Assembly (NCBI GenBank): GCA_963745025.1
Contig: CAVUWD010000020.1
Coordinates: 32,001 to 96,000 of the forward strand
From: an uncultured delta proteobacterium
GTDB lineage: Bacteria; Desulfobacterota; Binatia; JACPRU01
DNA: 64,000 nucleotides
Direction of reading: 5' to 3'
The stretch's first letter is position 1; the number at the start of each line of letters is the position of its first letter. Below are positions 9,866 to 22,354 of the stretch, piece after piece. The notes beneath the pieces are model-generated. The model was given only the letters and a program-made list of their open reading frames with translations, did no database searches and was not told where the DNA came from. The position numbers and the translations under genes are program-made.

Positions 9866-10957
9866 GTGCGAGCCAGACATTGGATCGCTCTTCAGTCGAT
9901 CGCTGGGGTGGGAGCCGCGACATGCCGTCGATTGTTCGAGGCGTTCGGCAACGGCGAGGCCGTCTTCCGTTCCCTGCCAGAGCGCCTCGCCCGCGCCGGT
10001 GCCGGCGCGGATGTGATCCGCGCGATCGGCAGCTTCCGGCGCTGGGCGGAAGTTGACGAAGAGCTGCGGCGCGCAAGCGACCTCGGGGTCGCTCTCGTCT
10101 CGATCGAGGAGGAGCGCTATCCGGTCGGCCTGCGATTCATCCACGATCCGCCTCCCGTTCTCTACGTGCGGGGCCGGATCGACCGTGCCGACCTCGAGGC
10201 GATCGCCATCGTCGGTTCGCGCTCCGCGAGTCCCTATGGAATCGCATCGGCGGATCGGCTGGCACGCGAGCTCGCCGCCTGCGGCGTCACGGTCGTCAGC
10301 GGTCTCGCGATCGGCATCGATGCCGCGGCTCACCGTGGCGCGCTCGCGGCCGGTGGCAGGACGATCGCCGTGCTCGGCTGCGGCATCGATCAGGTCTACC
10401 CGTCACGGCATGGCAAGCTCGCAGTCGCGGTGGCCGAGGCGGGAGCGGTGGTCTCCGAGCTGCCGATCGGTACGCCTCCCGAGGCGCATCAGTTTCCTCG
10501 CCGCAATCGCATCGTCGCTGGCCTGTCGCTCGGCGTGGTCGTCGTCGAGGCGGGCGCGCGGAGCGGATCGCTGATCACCGCACGGCTGGCATTGGAGCAG
10601 GGGAGGGACGTGCTCGCCGTCCCGGGTGAAATCGGCCTCGAGCGCACCCGTGGCTCGCACCGGCTGATCCGACAAGGGGCGACGCTCGTCGAGAGCGCGG
10701 CGGACGTGCTCGAGAGCGCGCTCCCGTGGCGGGTGCCGGCCCCGGCACCGCGCTCCGCCAACCACGCGAGCGAGGATCTCTCCGTCGACGCCGCGCGCCT
10801 TCTCGGTGCCTTCGAGAGCGTCGCCGAGCCGGTCGATCGGCTGATCGAGCGAAGCGGGCTCGGCGCCGCCCGCGCACTCGAGATTCTCCTCGAGCTAGAG
10901 CTTGCAGGCAAAGTCCGTCCGCATCCCGGGATGGTGTTCTCCAAACGGGTTGGCTAG
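9866..10957 (+). CDS. dprA: DNA-processing protein DprA
   Basis: 'AIVGSR', 'VVSGLAIGIDAAAH', 'FPRRNRIVAGLS' and 'SGSLITA'; GTG start after AAGGAG; precedes topA. Confidence 0.95.
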   Translation: MRARHWIALQSIAGVGAATCRRLFEAFGNGEAVFRSLPERLARAGAGADVIRAIGSFRRWAEVDEELRRASDLGVALVSIEEERYPVGLRFIHDPPPVLYVRGRIDRADLEAIAIVGSRSASPYGIASADRLARELAACGVTVVSGLAIGIDAAAHRGALAAGGRTIAVLGCGIDQVYPSRHGKLAVAVAEAGAVVSELPIGTPPEAHQFPRRNRIVAGLSLGVVVVEAGARSGSLITARLALEQGRDVLAVPGEIGLERTRGSHRLIRQGATLVESAADVLESALPWRVPAPAPRSANHASEDLSVDAARLLGAFESVAEPVDRLIERSGLGAARALEILLELELAGKVRPHPGMVFSKRVG

Positions 10958-10958
10958 G

Positions 10959-11015
10959 AGGCTGCGTCACGGATCGCTCCCGGTGGTCGCGAACCGTCTC
11001 CGGCCGACGCAGCCT
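10959..11015. other. Inverted repeat/hairpin between dprA and topA
   Basis: AGGCTGCGTC (10959-10968) and GACGCAGCCT (11006-11015). Confidence 0.4.
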
Positions 11016-11060
11016 GCCGAGCTAGCGGCCCCCGCCAACGTCCGCTACGATCGCACGCGC

Positions 11061-13361
<2,301 letters not shown>

Positions 13362-13396
13362 GGGCGCAGGTCGGAAGACTTCCGCCCGTCCTGCCT

Positions 13397-13468
13397 CGAG
13401 CATTTCACGCCGAAGCCGTCGCGGGTCCCCGCTACAACGAGCGCTACATGAAGTGGGTCGACCGGTGA
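13397..13468 (+). pseudogene. 3' remnant of a probable aldo/keto reductase gene
   Basis: Translates as RAFHAEAVAGPRYNERYMKWVDR*, resembling AKR C-termini (..AVAGxRY....M..VxR); no start codon or upstream body. Confidence 0.4.
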
Positions 13469-13490
13469 GCCTCTCCTGTATCCTCTCGCT

Positions 13491-13721
13491 CTTCGCCTCG
13501 AGTGCTGGAGATTCCGAAACGCTGGATTTTCCGGTCGGCCCGTACACGGGGCGACCGGAAAATCCAGCCACCGCGCGAAGCGCGGAAGCGATAGACCAAG
13601 TCGCGGGTTGATTACCTTCCGCGCTTCGCGCGGTGGCGGTCGGTTGTGATCGACCCGAGTACGGGCCGATCACAACCGACCGCGCTCTCCGTCCTTCGAA
13701 GCACTAGGCCTAGAGGCGAAG
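13491..13721. repeat. Symmetric multi-hairpin element, copy 1
   Basis: Perfect stems 13521-37/13552-68 (17 bp), 13567-88/13616-37 (22 bp) and 13636-52/13667-83 (17 bp); closing CTTCGCCTC/GAGGCGAAG and AGTGCT/AGCACT; homologous to 49146-49400. Confidence 0.85.
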
Positions 13722-13782
13722 GCTGAGCCCCTACGCCGTCTCCTCTCTTTAACTCTCGCGCCGCTGACGTTAGTCTCAGACC

Positions 13783-15144
13783 GTGGGCGAGATCGTGAAC
13801 GTGGTTGGAGGGGGCCTCGCCGGCTCGGAGGCCGCCTGGCAGCTCGCCCGCCGCGGCGTGCGCGTGCGCCTGTACGAGATGCGCCCGCTGCGCGGCACAG
13901 AAGCACACCGCGGCGACCGGCTTGGCGAGCTCGTCTGCTCGAACTCGTTTCGTAGCGCCTCGCTCGACGCGGCCGTCGGGCTCCTCAAGGAGGAGATGTG
14001 CCGCCTCGGCTCGCTAGTCATGGAGGTCGCCCACCTGGCGCGCGTACCCGCTGGCGCCGCGCTCGCCGTCGATCGAGAGCTGTTCGCGGCCGAGATCACG
14101 CGGCGAATCGAAGCCGATCCCGCGATCGAGATCGTCCGCGAAGAGGTCGCCGGCCTCGACCGCTTCGACCCCGAGCTCGTGATCGTCGCCAGCGGACCGC
14201 TCACCTCGCCCGCGCTCTACGCGGAGCTCCGCCGCCTCTTCGGTCGTGATCATCTCTACTTCTACGATGCGATCTCGCCAATCGTCTCCGCCGAGTCGAT
14301 CGACCGCTCGGTCGCATTCTCCGCCTCCCGTTACCAGAAGGGCGGCGACGACTATCTGAACTGCCCGCTCAGCCGCGAGGAGTACCAGCGCTTCGTCGAC
14401 GAGGTGCTCCGCGCGGAGAAGGTGCCGACGCGCGAGTTCGAACGGTGCATCTATTTCGAGGGCTGCATGCCGATCGAGGAATCGGCTCGGCGCGGGCGCG
14501 ACACACTCGCCTTCGGGCCGATGCGTCCGGTTGGCCTCGTCGACCCGCGTACCGGAAGGCGGCCGCACGCCGTCGTGCAGCTCCGTCAGGACAACCGGGA
14601 AGCGACGCTCTATTCGCTGGTCGGCTTCCAGACCAAGATGACCTATCCCGAGCAGCGGCGCGTGCTGCGCATGATCCCAGGCCTCGAGCGCGCGGAGTTC
14701 ATCCGGCTCGGCAGCCTCCACCGCAACACGTTCATTCACTCGCCGTCGCTCCTCGAACCGACGATGGAGTTTCGCCGCCGCCGCTCGCTCTTCTTCGCCG
14801 GGCAGCTGATCGGCGTCGAGGGCTACGTCGAATCGGCGGCGAGCGGACTCCTCGCCGGTGTGAACGCCGCCCGCCGGGTCGAGCGCCGTCCGTGTGTCGT
14901 GCCGCCGCTGACCACGGCGCTCGGCTCGCTCGTGGCTTACGTCACGGCCAGCGAGCGCGACGAATTTCAGCCGATGAACGCCAACTACGGCCTCTTCCCG
15001 CCGATCGGCGGCAGTCTTCGCGGACGGGACAAGCGAGCGGAGCTCGGCCGCCGCGCGAGCGTGGATCTCGAGCGGTGGATCGACGGCGAGGAGATCCGCC
15101 CGCCGCTCGCCGCCGGCGCGGAGCGCCGGCGGGCGATGCCGTGA
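13783..15144 (+). CDS. trmFO: Methylenetetrahydrofolate-tRNA-(uracil-5)-methyltransferase TrmFO (Gid)
   Basis: '[13 protein letters not shown]', 'ELVCSNSF', 'YFYDAISPI', 'GVEGYVES' and 'FQPMNANYG'. Confidence 0.97.
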   Translation: MGEIVNVVGGGLAGSEAAWQLARRGVRVRLYEMRPLRGTEAHRGDRLGELVCSNSFRSASLDAAVGLLKEEMCRLGSLVMEVAHLARVPAGAALAVDRELFAAEITRRIEADPAIEIVREEVAGLDRFDPELVIVASGPLTSPALYAELRRLFGRDHLYFYDAISPIVSAESIDRSVAFSASRYQKGGDDYLNCPLSREEYQRFVDEVLRAEKVPTREFERCIYFEGCMPIEESARRGRDTLAFGPMRPVGLVDPRTGRRPHAVVQLRQDNREATLYSLVGFQTKMTYPEQRRVLRMIPGLERAEFIRLGSLHRNTFIHSPSLLEPTMEFRRRRSLFFAGQLIGVEGYVESAASGLLAGVNAARRVERRPCVVPPLTTALGSLVAYVTASERDEFQPMNANYGLFPPIGGSLRGRDKRAELGRRASVDLERWIDGEEIRPPLAAGAERRRAMP

Positions 15145-18100
15145 ATCCCGCGCCGGTCGACGCCGCGCTGCCCAACTCGCAGGCGCTCGCCGGGTCTCTG
15201 GCGCGACTCGCGCCGTGGGCACGCGAGCGCGGAGTTCTCGACGAGCTGCCGCGATGGCTGTCGCGCGCTGCGGATCCCGCGGCGGGGGCGGCGAACCTCG
15301 AGGCGTTGCTCGCCGCCGGCTGGGATCCGGCTCCCACGCTCGTCGAGCCGCTGGTACGCATCTGCGGGGCGAGCCAGGCGCTGGCTTCGGTCCTGCTTTC
15401 GGTGAGCGGTGTCGACCCCGCGTGGCTCGAGGGAGCGCTGGCAACCGAGGCGGTGTCGTGCTCGGAGCACGTCGCCGAGCTCTCCGCGGCGGCGGGGTCG
15501 TTCGACGTGCCCGAGGTTGCGGCGCTGCTCCGGCGCCACAAGCGCCGCCACGTCTTGCGCATCGGCGGTCGCGACCTTCTCGGGCTCGCCTCCGTCCACG
15601 ACACCGTGCGCGAGCTCTCGGCGCTGGCCGAAGGAGCGAGCGAAGTCGCCGTCCGTCACGCGCGCGCACACGTGGAGAGAGACTACGGAGACTTCCTGGC
15701 GGACGACCGTCTGCGATTCGTCGTCCTCGGAATGGGCAAGCTCGGCGGCCGTGAGCTCAACTTCAGCTCCGACATCGACCTCGTGTACCTGTTCGACGGC
15801 GGGCAGAGCCAGAGCTCCGGCGGTCCGCGCGGCGCGCTCGGCGGGGCGGTGTTCGCCACGCGCATGGCCGAGCTCGCGACGCGGGTGCTCAGTGAGGTGA
15901 GCGGCGAGGGATTCGTCTTCCGCGTCGACCTTCGGCTGCGACCCGAGGGTCAGAACGGCCCCATCGTCAACTCGCTCGCCGCGGCGATCGTCTACTACGA
16001 GTCGCTCGGCCAGACGTGGGAACGCGCCGCCATGCTGAAGGCGCGCCCGGTCGCCGGCGATCTCGACCTCGGCTGGACGTTCCTCGAAGAGATCCGCCCC
16101 TTCGTCTACCGCCGCTTCCTCGACTTCACGACCGTCGAGGAGATCGAGGAGATGAAGGCGAAGGTCGACAGCCGCCACTCCCGCGCGCGTCTCGATCGCG
16201 ACGTCAAGCTCGGTCCCGGCGGCATTCGCGAGGTCGAGTTCATCGCCCAGGCGCTGCAGCTCGTGCATGGCGGACGCGATCGACGCTTGCGCCATCGCTC
16301 GACGCTCGAAACCCTGCATGCGCTCGCCGATCTGGGTCTGCTGGAGCGCGGTGAGGCGGGCACGCTCTCCGCCGCGTACCTCTTTTTACGCGACGTCGAG
16401 CACAAGCTGCAGATCGTCCACGAGCGCCAGACGCAGCGCATTCCCGCGGACCCCGACGAGGAGCGACTGCTCGCCCGCCGGCTTGGCTACCACCTACGCG
16501 CGATTCCCGACCCCGGCCTGCCCGAGGATGGCGTGACGCCGGAGGTCCGGCGCTTTCGGGCCGATCTCCGGCGTCATCGCGACGCGGTCCGGCGCTCCTT
16601 CGAGCACCTCTTCTTCGGCGCCCGCTCCGAGATCCGCCGCGAAGCCGACGACGACGCGGTCTCGCTCCTGCAGACGCTGGAGGATCGGCCCGCGGCCGAG
16701 TCTCGGCTCGCCGAGATGGGCTTTGTCGACGCGCCTGCGGCGGTTGCCAACTTGCTGCGCCTGCGGGACGGCCCGCGCTTCGCGCCGGCTTCGCCGAGGC
16801 GTAAGAAGGCGCTATTTGCGCTCGCGCCGGCGCTCCTGGCCGCGATCCGCAAGGCCTCGGACCCCGATCAGGCGCTTCTGCACATGGCGGAGTTCATCTC
16901 CGCGATCGGCGCTCGGACGAGCTTTCTCGCGCTTCTCGAGCAGAACCCGGAGACGCTTCGGCTGCTCGTGGGGCTCTTCGGATCGAGTCGGTATCTGTCG
17001 AACTTCTTCCTGCGCCATCCCGAGCTGCTCGACAACCTGGTCCGGGCGGACCTTGCGGTCGTGCGCAAAGACCGGGCCTCGCTCGAGGGCGGTCTCGAGA
17101 GCGTGCTCGCCTCGGCCAACGATTACGAGACCGAGCTCGATGCGCTTCGTCGCTTCCACAACGAGGAGTTGTTGCGGATCGGCGTCAACGACATCCACGG
17201 TCTGCTGGAGGCTGCGGAGGTCGAAGAGGAGCTTTCTGCGCTCGCCGAGGTCTGCCTGGGCGGCGCGCTCGACATCGCCCTCCGTGCGCTCGGCGAGCGT
17301 TACGGAGAGCCGCCGGGCCGCTTTGCGGTGATCGGCATGGGCACGCTCGGACGACGGGCGCTCGGCTACAATTCCGACCTCGATCTGATCTTCGTCTACG
17401 ACGGCGCGCGCGAGCCCGCTTCGGGGCTCACTGTGCGCGAGTACTATACCAAGCTCGCACAGCGGCTGATGGTCGTCCTGCAGCTCAACACCCGCGAGGG
17501 TTACGTCTACAAGATCGACACTCGTCTTCGTCCGTCGGGGTCGCATGGGCCGCTGGTCTCGTCGCTCGATGCGTTTCGCGAGTATCACCGTGCGAGCTCC
17601 GCGCTCTGGGAGCGCCAGGCGCTGATCTCGGCGCGTGGTGCGGCGGGCGATCGCTCGCTGATCGACGAGGTGGAGGGGGTCATCGAGGGCTTCGTCTACG
17701 GCAAGGGCCTGTCCGTCGAAGACGTCGCCGAGATCGCCCGACTGCGGTCGCGCATGGAGCATGAGCTCGCCCGCGAGAGCACCGGCCGCTGGGATCTGAA
17801 GACCGGGCGCGGTGGGATGGTGGACGTGGAGTTCGTGACCGAGGCATTGCAGCTTCGCTACGGCTACGACGATCCGCACGCTCGCTGCCGAAAGACCGAA
17901 GACGCGCTCGACGCGCTGCGCGCGCAAGGTCTTCTCGAAGAGGCTCATTACCATGGCTTGGTCGACGGCTATCGCTTTCTTCGACGGGTGGAGAGCCGGC
18001 TGCGCATCGAGCGCGACCAGGCCGTTCACTTGCTCGAGCACGATGATTCCAAGCTCGCGCCGCTCGCCCGCCGAATCGGCTACGACGGGCCAGATGCCGG

Positions 18101-18188
18101 CGCGCGGCTTCTCCGCGACGTGCAGGTCGCCCGCGAGCGGATTCGCCGCATCTACGAGCACTATTTCGGCCCGTCCGGCCCGCAGTAG
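15141..18188 (+). CDS. glnE: Bifunctional glutamine synthetase adenylyltransferase/adenylyl-removing enzyme
   Basis: Two nucleotidyltransferase domains ('[18 protein letters not shown]', '[10 protein letters not shown]', 'WERAA'; 'YNSDLDL', 'IDTRLRPSG'); GTG overlaps the trmFO stop. Confidence 0.95.
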   Translation: MNPAPVDAALPNSQALAGSLARLAPWARERGVLDELPRWLSRAADPAAGAANLEALLAAGWDPAPTLVEPLVRICGASQALASVLLSVSGVDPAWLEGALATEAVSCSEHVAELSAAAGSFDVPEVAALLRRHKRRHVLRIGGRDLLGLASVHDTVRELSALAEGASEVAVRHARAHVERDYGDFLADDRLRFVVLGMGKLGGRELNFSSDIDLVYLFDGGQSQSSGGPRGALGGAVFATRMAELATRVLSEVSGEGFVFRVDLRLRPEGQNGPIVNSLAAAIVYYESLGQTWERAAMLKARPVAGDLDLGWTFLEEIRPFVYRRFLDFTTVEEIEEMKAKVDSRHSRARLDRDVKLGPGGIREVEFIAQALQLVHGGRDRRLRHRSTLETLHALADLGLLERGEAGTLSAAYLFLRDVEHKLQIVHERQTQRIPADPDEERLLARRLGYHLRAIPDPGLPEDGVTPEVRRFRADLRRHRDAVRRSFEHLFFGARSEIRREADDDAVSLLQTLEDRPAAESRLAEMGFVDAPAAVANLLRLRDGPRFAPASPRRKKALFALAPALLAAIRKASDPDQALLHMAEFISAIGARTSFLALLEQNPETLRLLVGLFGSSRYLSNFFLRHPELLDNLVRADLAVVRKDRASLEGGLESVLASANDYETELDALRRFHNEELLRIGVNDIHGLLEAAEVEEELSALAEVCLGGALDIALRALGERYGEPPGRFAVIGMGTLGRRALGYNSDLDLIFVYDGAREPASGLTVREYYTKLAQRLMVVLQLNTREGYVYKIDTRLRPSGSHGPLVSSLDAFREYHRASSALWERQALISARGAAGDRSLIDEVEGVIEGFVYGKGLSVEDVAEIARLRSRMEHELARESTGRWDLKTGRGGMVDVEFVTEALQLRYGYDDPHARCRKTEDALDALRAQGLLEEAHYHGLVDGYRFLRRVESRLRIERDQAVHLLEHDDSKLAPLARRIGYDGPDAGARLLRDVQVARERIRRIYEHYFGPSGPQ

Positions 18189-18292
18189 TGGGGAAGAGGG
18201 ACCGACAACTTTTCGAACCGCAACGGAAGCTTGATTGTTGACGATTCGAAAAGCTGTCGAACCCTAATGACCCGCTACACCGGACCTTCTCA

Positions 18293-18321
18293 TTGACACG
18301 GAATTGCGATCCGGTTAGCTC
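18293..18321 (+). promoter_or_regulatory. Putative sigma70 promoter of ilvE
   Basis: TTGACA (18293-98), 17 nt, TAGCTC; GGAGGA RBS follows; an imperfect hairpin at 18203-18259 lies upstream. Confidence 0.4.
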
Positions 18322-18343
18322 TCGGGGCCCTCCGGAGGAAGAC

Positions 18344-19261
18344 GTGCAAAAATCCGCAAAGATCTGGATGGACGGGCGCCTGGTTGACTGGGACGACGCC
18401 AAGGTCCACGTGCTCACCCACACGCTTCATTACGGATTCGGCGTCTTCGAGGGCATTCGCTGCTACCAGACGAGTGCCGGCCGTTCGGCGATCTTCCGCC
18501 TCCCCGAGCACAACCGCCGACTCTTCGATTCGGCGAAGATCCTGGGTCTGAAGATTCCGTTCTCGGCGGAGGAGATCGAGAACGCGTGCATCGAAACGGT
18601 GCGGGCGAACAAGCTTCGGGAGTGTTACATCCGGCCGATCGTGTTCGTCGGCGACGGCGAGATGGGCGTGCCCTCCGCGCTCTCCAACCCGGTTCGGGTG
18701 TCGATCATCACCTGGCCCTGGGGCGCCTATCTCGGCGACGAGGGGCTGAAGAACGGCATCCGCGTCGTCACCTCGTCGTTCGCACGCTTCCACGTGAACA
18801 CCCTGATGACGAAGGCCAAGGCGATCGGCCACTACGTGAACTCGGTGCTCGCCGCCTGCGAGGCGCGGGTCGCCGGCTTCGACGAGGCGCTGATGCTCGA
18901 CACGGATGGCTTCGTCTCAGAGGCGAGCGGCGAGAACGTATTCCTCGTGCGGCGCGGGGCGGTGAAGACCACCCCGCTCACGTCGATCCTCGAGGGGATC
19001 ACTCGCGACTCCGTGGTCGCGCTGCTCGCCGAGAGCGGCATCCGCGTGGTCGAGGATCGCTTCACCCGCGACGAGCTCTACATTGCCGACGAGGCGTTCC
19101 TCACGGGGACCGCGGCCGAGGTCACGCCGATTCGCGAGCTCGATCGCCGCCCGATCGGCCCTGGCAAGCCGGGCGAAGTCACCCAGCTCGTGCAGCAGAA
19201 ATTCTTCGCCATCCTCAAGGGCGAAGACAAGCGGCACGAGGAGTGGCTGACGTATCTGTAA
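18344..19261 (+). CDS. ilvE: Branched-chain amino acid aminotransferase
   Basis: 'HTLHYGFGVFEGIR', 'KAKAIGHYVNS', 'SEASGENVF' and 'FLTGTAAEVTPI'. Confidence 0.97.
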   Translation: MQKSAKIWMDGRLVDWDDAKVHVLTHTLHYGFGVFEGIRCYQTSAGRSAIFRLPEHNRRLFDSAKILGLKIPFSAEEIENACIETVRANKLRECYIRPIVFVGDGEMGVPSALSNPVRVSIITWPWGAYLGDEGLKNGIRVVTSSFARFHVNTLMTKAKAIGHYVNSVLAACEARVAGFDEALMLDTDGFVSEASGENVFLVRRGAVKTTPLTSILEGITRDSVVALLAESGIRVVEDRFTRDELYIADEAFLTGTAAEVTPIRELDRRPIGPGKPGEVTQLVQQKFFAILKGEDKRHEEWLTYL

Positions 19262-19264
19262 GAC

Positions 19265-19330
19265 GCTACAGGCTACCGGCTACAGGAACGAATCCGCGGC
19301 GTCTTTGCCAGGAGCCCGAAGCCTGTAGCC
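19265..19330. repeat. Heptamer palindromic element (GGCTACC)n-core-(GGTAGCC)n, copy A
   Basis: gctacaggctaccggctacagg...gaagcctgtagcc between convergent stops. Confidence 0.75.
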
Positions 19331-19332
19331 TC

Positions 19333-19989
19333 TCAAGAATTGCGCGCAATCTCGTCGAGCCGCTCCTGCTTCAGATATTGCTGTCGGAAACGCAGCACCC
19401 GGGCGACGTAGTTGTGCGTCTCGGCGTACGGCGGAATGCCGCGGTATCGCTCGACCGGCTCACTGCCGGCGTTGTAGGCGGCCAGGACGCGCGGCAGATT
19501 GTTGCCGTGGCGGTCGATGAGCAAGCGCAGGTGGCGTACGCCGCCTGCGATGTTCTGCGCGGGATCGTAGACGTTGCGAACCCCGTGGCGCCGGGCGGTC
19601 TGTGGCATCAACTGCATCAAGCCGCGGGCTCCAGCGGAGGAGACTGCGAGCCGGTTGAAGCCGGACTCGGCACGGATCACGGCCTTGACCAGCGCGCTCT
19701 CGACGCGGAAGCGCTTGGCGAACTTGCCGATGATATCGTCGTACTGGTCGGTATCGGGGATCTGATGGTCGACTTCTTCCGCCGGGAGCTGCGCCACCGG
19801 GCGATCCACCATGAACGGCGCGGCATCGGGGCGCGGCACGTTGGTGAAATGGAAGACTCCGTCGGCATCCTTATAGTAATAGACGTCGGCTGAGGCGGGA
19901 GTTGCGAGCCAAGAAACGAGGCACAGCCCGGTACACGCCAGCACCGCCAACCACCCGTTGCTGATCTGGCTTGCAGGTCTCACGAGCAC
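19333..19989 (-). CDS. Lytic transglycosylase (SLT domain with N-terminal DUF4124-like segment)
   Basis: 'AVIRAESGFN', 'GARGLMQLMP', 'LAAYNAG' and 'PPYAETHNYV'; signal peptide. Confidence 0.92.
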   Translation of the reverse strand: MLVRPASQISNGWLAVLACTGLCLVSWLATPASADVYYYKDADGVFHFTNVPRPDAAPFMVDRPVAQLPAEEVDHQIPDTDQYDDIIGKFAKRFRVESALVKAVIRAESGFNRLAVSSAGARGLMQLMPQTARRHGVRNVYDPAQNIAGGVRHLRLLIDRHGNNLPRVLAAYNAGSEPVERYRGIPPYAETHNYVARVLRFRQQYLKQERLDEIARNS

Positions 19990-20265
19990 CTCCCTCCGCC
20001 AAGCGGCGTAAACCGCTCAAATCCCATCAGTGCGGCCATTCATGAAGAGGCTTGCCTTCCCGCTCAAACGGAACTCTTTGCGATTCGAAGCCACCGGCAC
20101 TCGCCCAATGGGATTTGGCGACTGCCACTGACTGGGTATTACGTCGCCCTCTATACCCCATGACCGAACAACCGTTCAAGCTTGTAGCGGGACTTACGGC
20201 ATCCGATCGGGGGAGGAACTTCGTGCCGCATTGCGTTGTTGTGGGCGACGAAGCGGTGAGCCTGC

Positions 20266-21066
20266 GTGGCCATCGAGCGAAAACGATGGATCTACGCGAC
20301 TCGGCGCGTTGGTGTTCCTGCAATCCCCCGTTCCTGGCCCCGGTTCGCGGCGGCCCTCGCAGTCGTGTTGCTCGCGGTCGCCGCGCTCGCGCGGGGAGCG
20401 GAGCAGACCCTGGACGTGGGCAAGTTCTCTGCCGCTCGCGAAGACGGTCCCCTGCCTGCAGGATGGCGTGCGCTCGAGTTCAAGAAGATTCCGCACCATA
20501 CGGTCTATCGGCTCGTTCGAGATGGCGAGGCGGTGGTCGTCGAGGCAAAGAGTGAGTCGTCCGCGTCGGGGTTGGTGCGGCCGATCCGCATCGATGCGAA
20601 GGAGTATCCGATCGTCGAGTGGCGCTGGAAGGTGATGAACCTGATCGCCAAGGCGGACGTTCGTCGGAAGAGCGGCGATGATTATCCGGCGCGGATCTAC
20701 ATCACGTTCGAGTGCGACCCCGCACGGCTCGGCTTTCTCGAGCGCTTGAAGTTCGAGGCGGCGAAAATTGTGTACGGGGAGTACCCGCCGATCGCGGCTC
20801 TCGACTACATCTGGGAGGCGCGGCTGGCCCCTGGCTCGATCGTGCCGAATCCCTATTCCTCGCGTGTTCAGATGATCGTGGTGGAGAGCGGACCAGAGCG
20901 GCTCGGGCGCTGGATCGACGAGCGCCGCGACGTGGTCGCCGACTATCATCAGGCGTTCGGCGAGGACCCGCCCCCGATCTCGGGCCTCGCTATCATGACC
21001 GACAGCGACAACACCGGGGAATCCGCAACCGCGTATTACGGGGACATCGTGTTCCAGAGGAAATGA
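20266..21066 (+). CDS. DUF3047 domain secreted protein
   Basis: 'YPIVEWRWKV', 'GDDYPARIY' and 'LAIMTDSDNTG' motifs. Confidence 0.85.
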   Translation: MAIERKRWIYATRRVGVPAIPRSWPRFAAALAVVLLAVAALARGAEQTLDVGKFSAAREDGPLPAGWRALEFKKIPHHTVYRLVRDGEAVVVEAKSESSASGLVRPIRIDAKEYPIVEWRWKVMNLIAKADVRRKSGDDYPARIYITFECDPARLGFLERLKFEAAKIVYGEYPPIAALDYIWEARLAPGSIVPNPYSSRVQMIVVESGPERLGRWIDERRDVVADYHQAFGEDPPPISGLAIMTDSDNTGESATAYYGDIVFQRK

Positions 21067-21116
21067 CGGCTACCGACTACCGCAAAGGGAGTCGTGAAAT
21101 CTCTTCCGGTGGCCGT
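21066..21116. repeat. Heptamer palindromic element, copy B
   Basis: acggctaccgactaccgcaaagg...cttccggtggccgt fills the whole gap between convergent stops. Confidence 0.75.
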
Positions 21117-22151
21117 TCAACTCCTGCGCCCCTGCACGAACTCCTGATACTCGCGCACGTCCTCGGGGCTGCCGAGCGCCACCGCCACGCGCTGGTGAAT
21201 GTCGGTCGGCTGAAGATCGAGGATGCGCTGGCGGCCGGTGGTCGCCGCACCGCCGGCCTGTTCGGCGATCATCGACATCGGCGCCACCTCGTAAAGCAGG
21301 CGGAGCTTCGGCTTGGGCTTTGCCGGGTCGCTGCTATCCGCGGGATAGAGAAACACCCCGCCCTTCAAGAGAATGCGGTGGAAGTCGGCAACCAGGGTGC
21401 CGATGTAGCGGAGTCCATACGGCCGGTTCGTCGCTTTGTCCTTCTCTTTCAGGTAGCGGGTGTAGCGCCGCGTGCCTTCGTCCCAGCTCCGCTCGTTGCC
21501 CTCGTTGACGCTGTAGCTCTTGCCGCGCTTGGGGATGCGGATGTTCTCGTGCGAGAGCAGGAACTCGCCGAGCGAGGGATCGAGGGTGAAGCCGTGTACG
21601 CCGCGGCCAGCCGTGTAGACCAGCATCGTGCTCGAGCCGTAAACCACGTAACCCGCGGCGACCTGCGCGCTGCCCTTCTGCAGGCAGTCCTCGACGGTAC
21701 CGTCGACGCCGGGCGTACGCTTGCGGTGGATCGAGAAGATCGTGCCGAGGCTCGCGTTGACGTCGACGTTGGATGAGCCATCGAGCGGGTCGAAGAGCAG
21801 CACGTACTTCCCTTTCGGAAAGTGCTCCGGGATGGGGATCAGACCGTCCGCCTCCTCCGAGGCCATGCAGCAAAGGTGCCCCCCGTGGTCCATCTGTTCG
21901 TAGATCCGGGCCTGCGCATAATCATCGAGCTTCGTCACTTGCTCGCCCTGCACGTTTTCCTTTCCCGCCAGGCCGAGGATCGCCGCGAGGCCGGCGCGGT
22001 TGACCTCGCGCGAGATCATCTTGAAGGCGAGAACCAGATCCCAGAGAAGCCGCGTGAATTCGCCCGTGGCCGCCGGATGCAGCGCCTGCTGCTCCATGAT
22101 GTGGCGCTGGAGGGTGACGATCTTCGTTTGACTCTCCATGAGTCCGTTCAT
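21117..22151 (-). CDS. fbp: Fructose-1,6-bisphosphatase class 1
   Basis: 'FDPLDGSSN', 'RYIGTLVADFHR' and 'KLRLLYE'. Confidence 0.97.
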   Translation of the reverse strand: MNGLMESQTKIVTLQRHIMEQQALHPAATGEFTRLLWDLVLAFKMISREVNRAGLAAILGLAGKENVQGEQVTKLDDYAQARIYEQMDHGGHLCCMASEEADGLIPIPEHFPKGKYVLLFDPLDGSSNVDVNASLGTIFSIHRKRTPGVDGTVEDCLQKGSAQVAAGYVVYGSSTMLVYTAGRGVHGFTLDPSLGEFLLSHENIRIPKRGKSYSVNEGNERSWDEGTRRYTRYLKEKDKATNRPYGLRYIGTLVADFHRILLKGGVFLYPADSSDPAKPKPKLRLLYEVAPMSMIAEQAGGAATTGRQRILDLQPTDIHQRVAVALGSPEDVREYQEFVQGRRS

Positions 22152-22315
22152 CGCAAATTCACGTCGGTGCCGGCAAGCGGCGGAAGGGCTTTCGGCGGGC
22201 GGCCTTCGGCCTCGCGCAAAGACTCCTCGGAGCACTTGGCGGGACGCCGCCAGGCGATGTCTCGAGGTTGCGTGTTTGCCGCCCGTATGGTAGCTGAGCG
22301 GTTGGAGTTGGCCGC

Positions 22316-22349
22316 AAAAAAAGTGGGCCCCAAGCCCACTTTTTTATTT
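22316..22349 (+). promoter_or_regulatory. rimP leader hairpin
   Basis: AAAAAAGTGGGC-CCCAA-GCCCACTTTTTT immediately before rimP, matching the widely conserved rimP-leader stem-loop. Confidence 0.8.
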
Positions 22350-22354
22350 CAGGA

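Noticed and set aside
13521-13683. Multi-hairpin element as tRNA, hammerhead ribozyme, attC site or simple terminator
   Set aside because: No T-loop or CCA, no CUGANGA core, no GTTRRRY/RYYYAAC boxes and no U-tract.
14445-15140. 232-aa N-terminal extension of GlnE
   Set aside because: It overlaps trmFO in another frame; the GTG at 15141 coupled to the trmFO stop is the plausible start.
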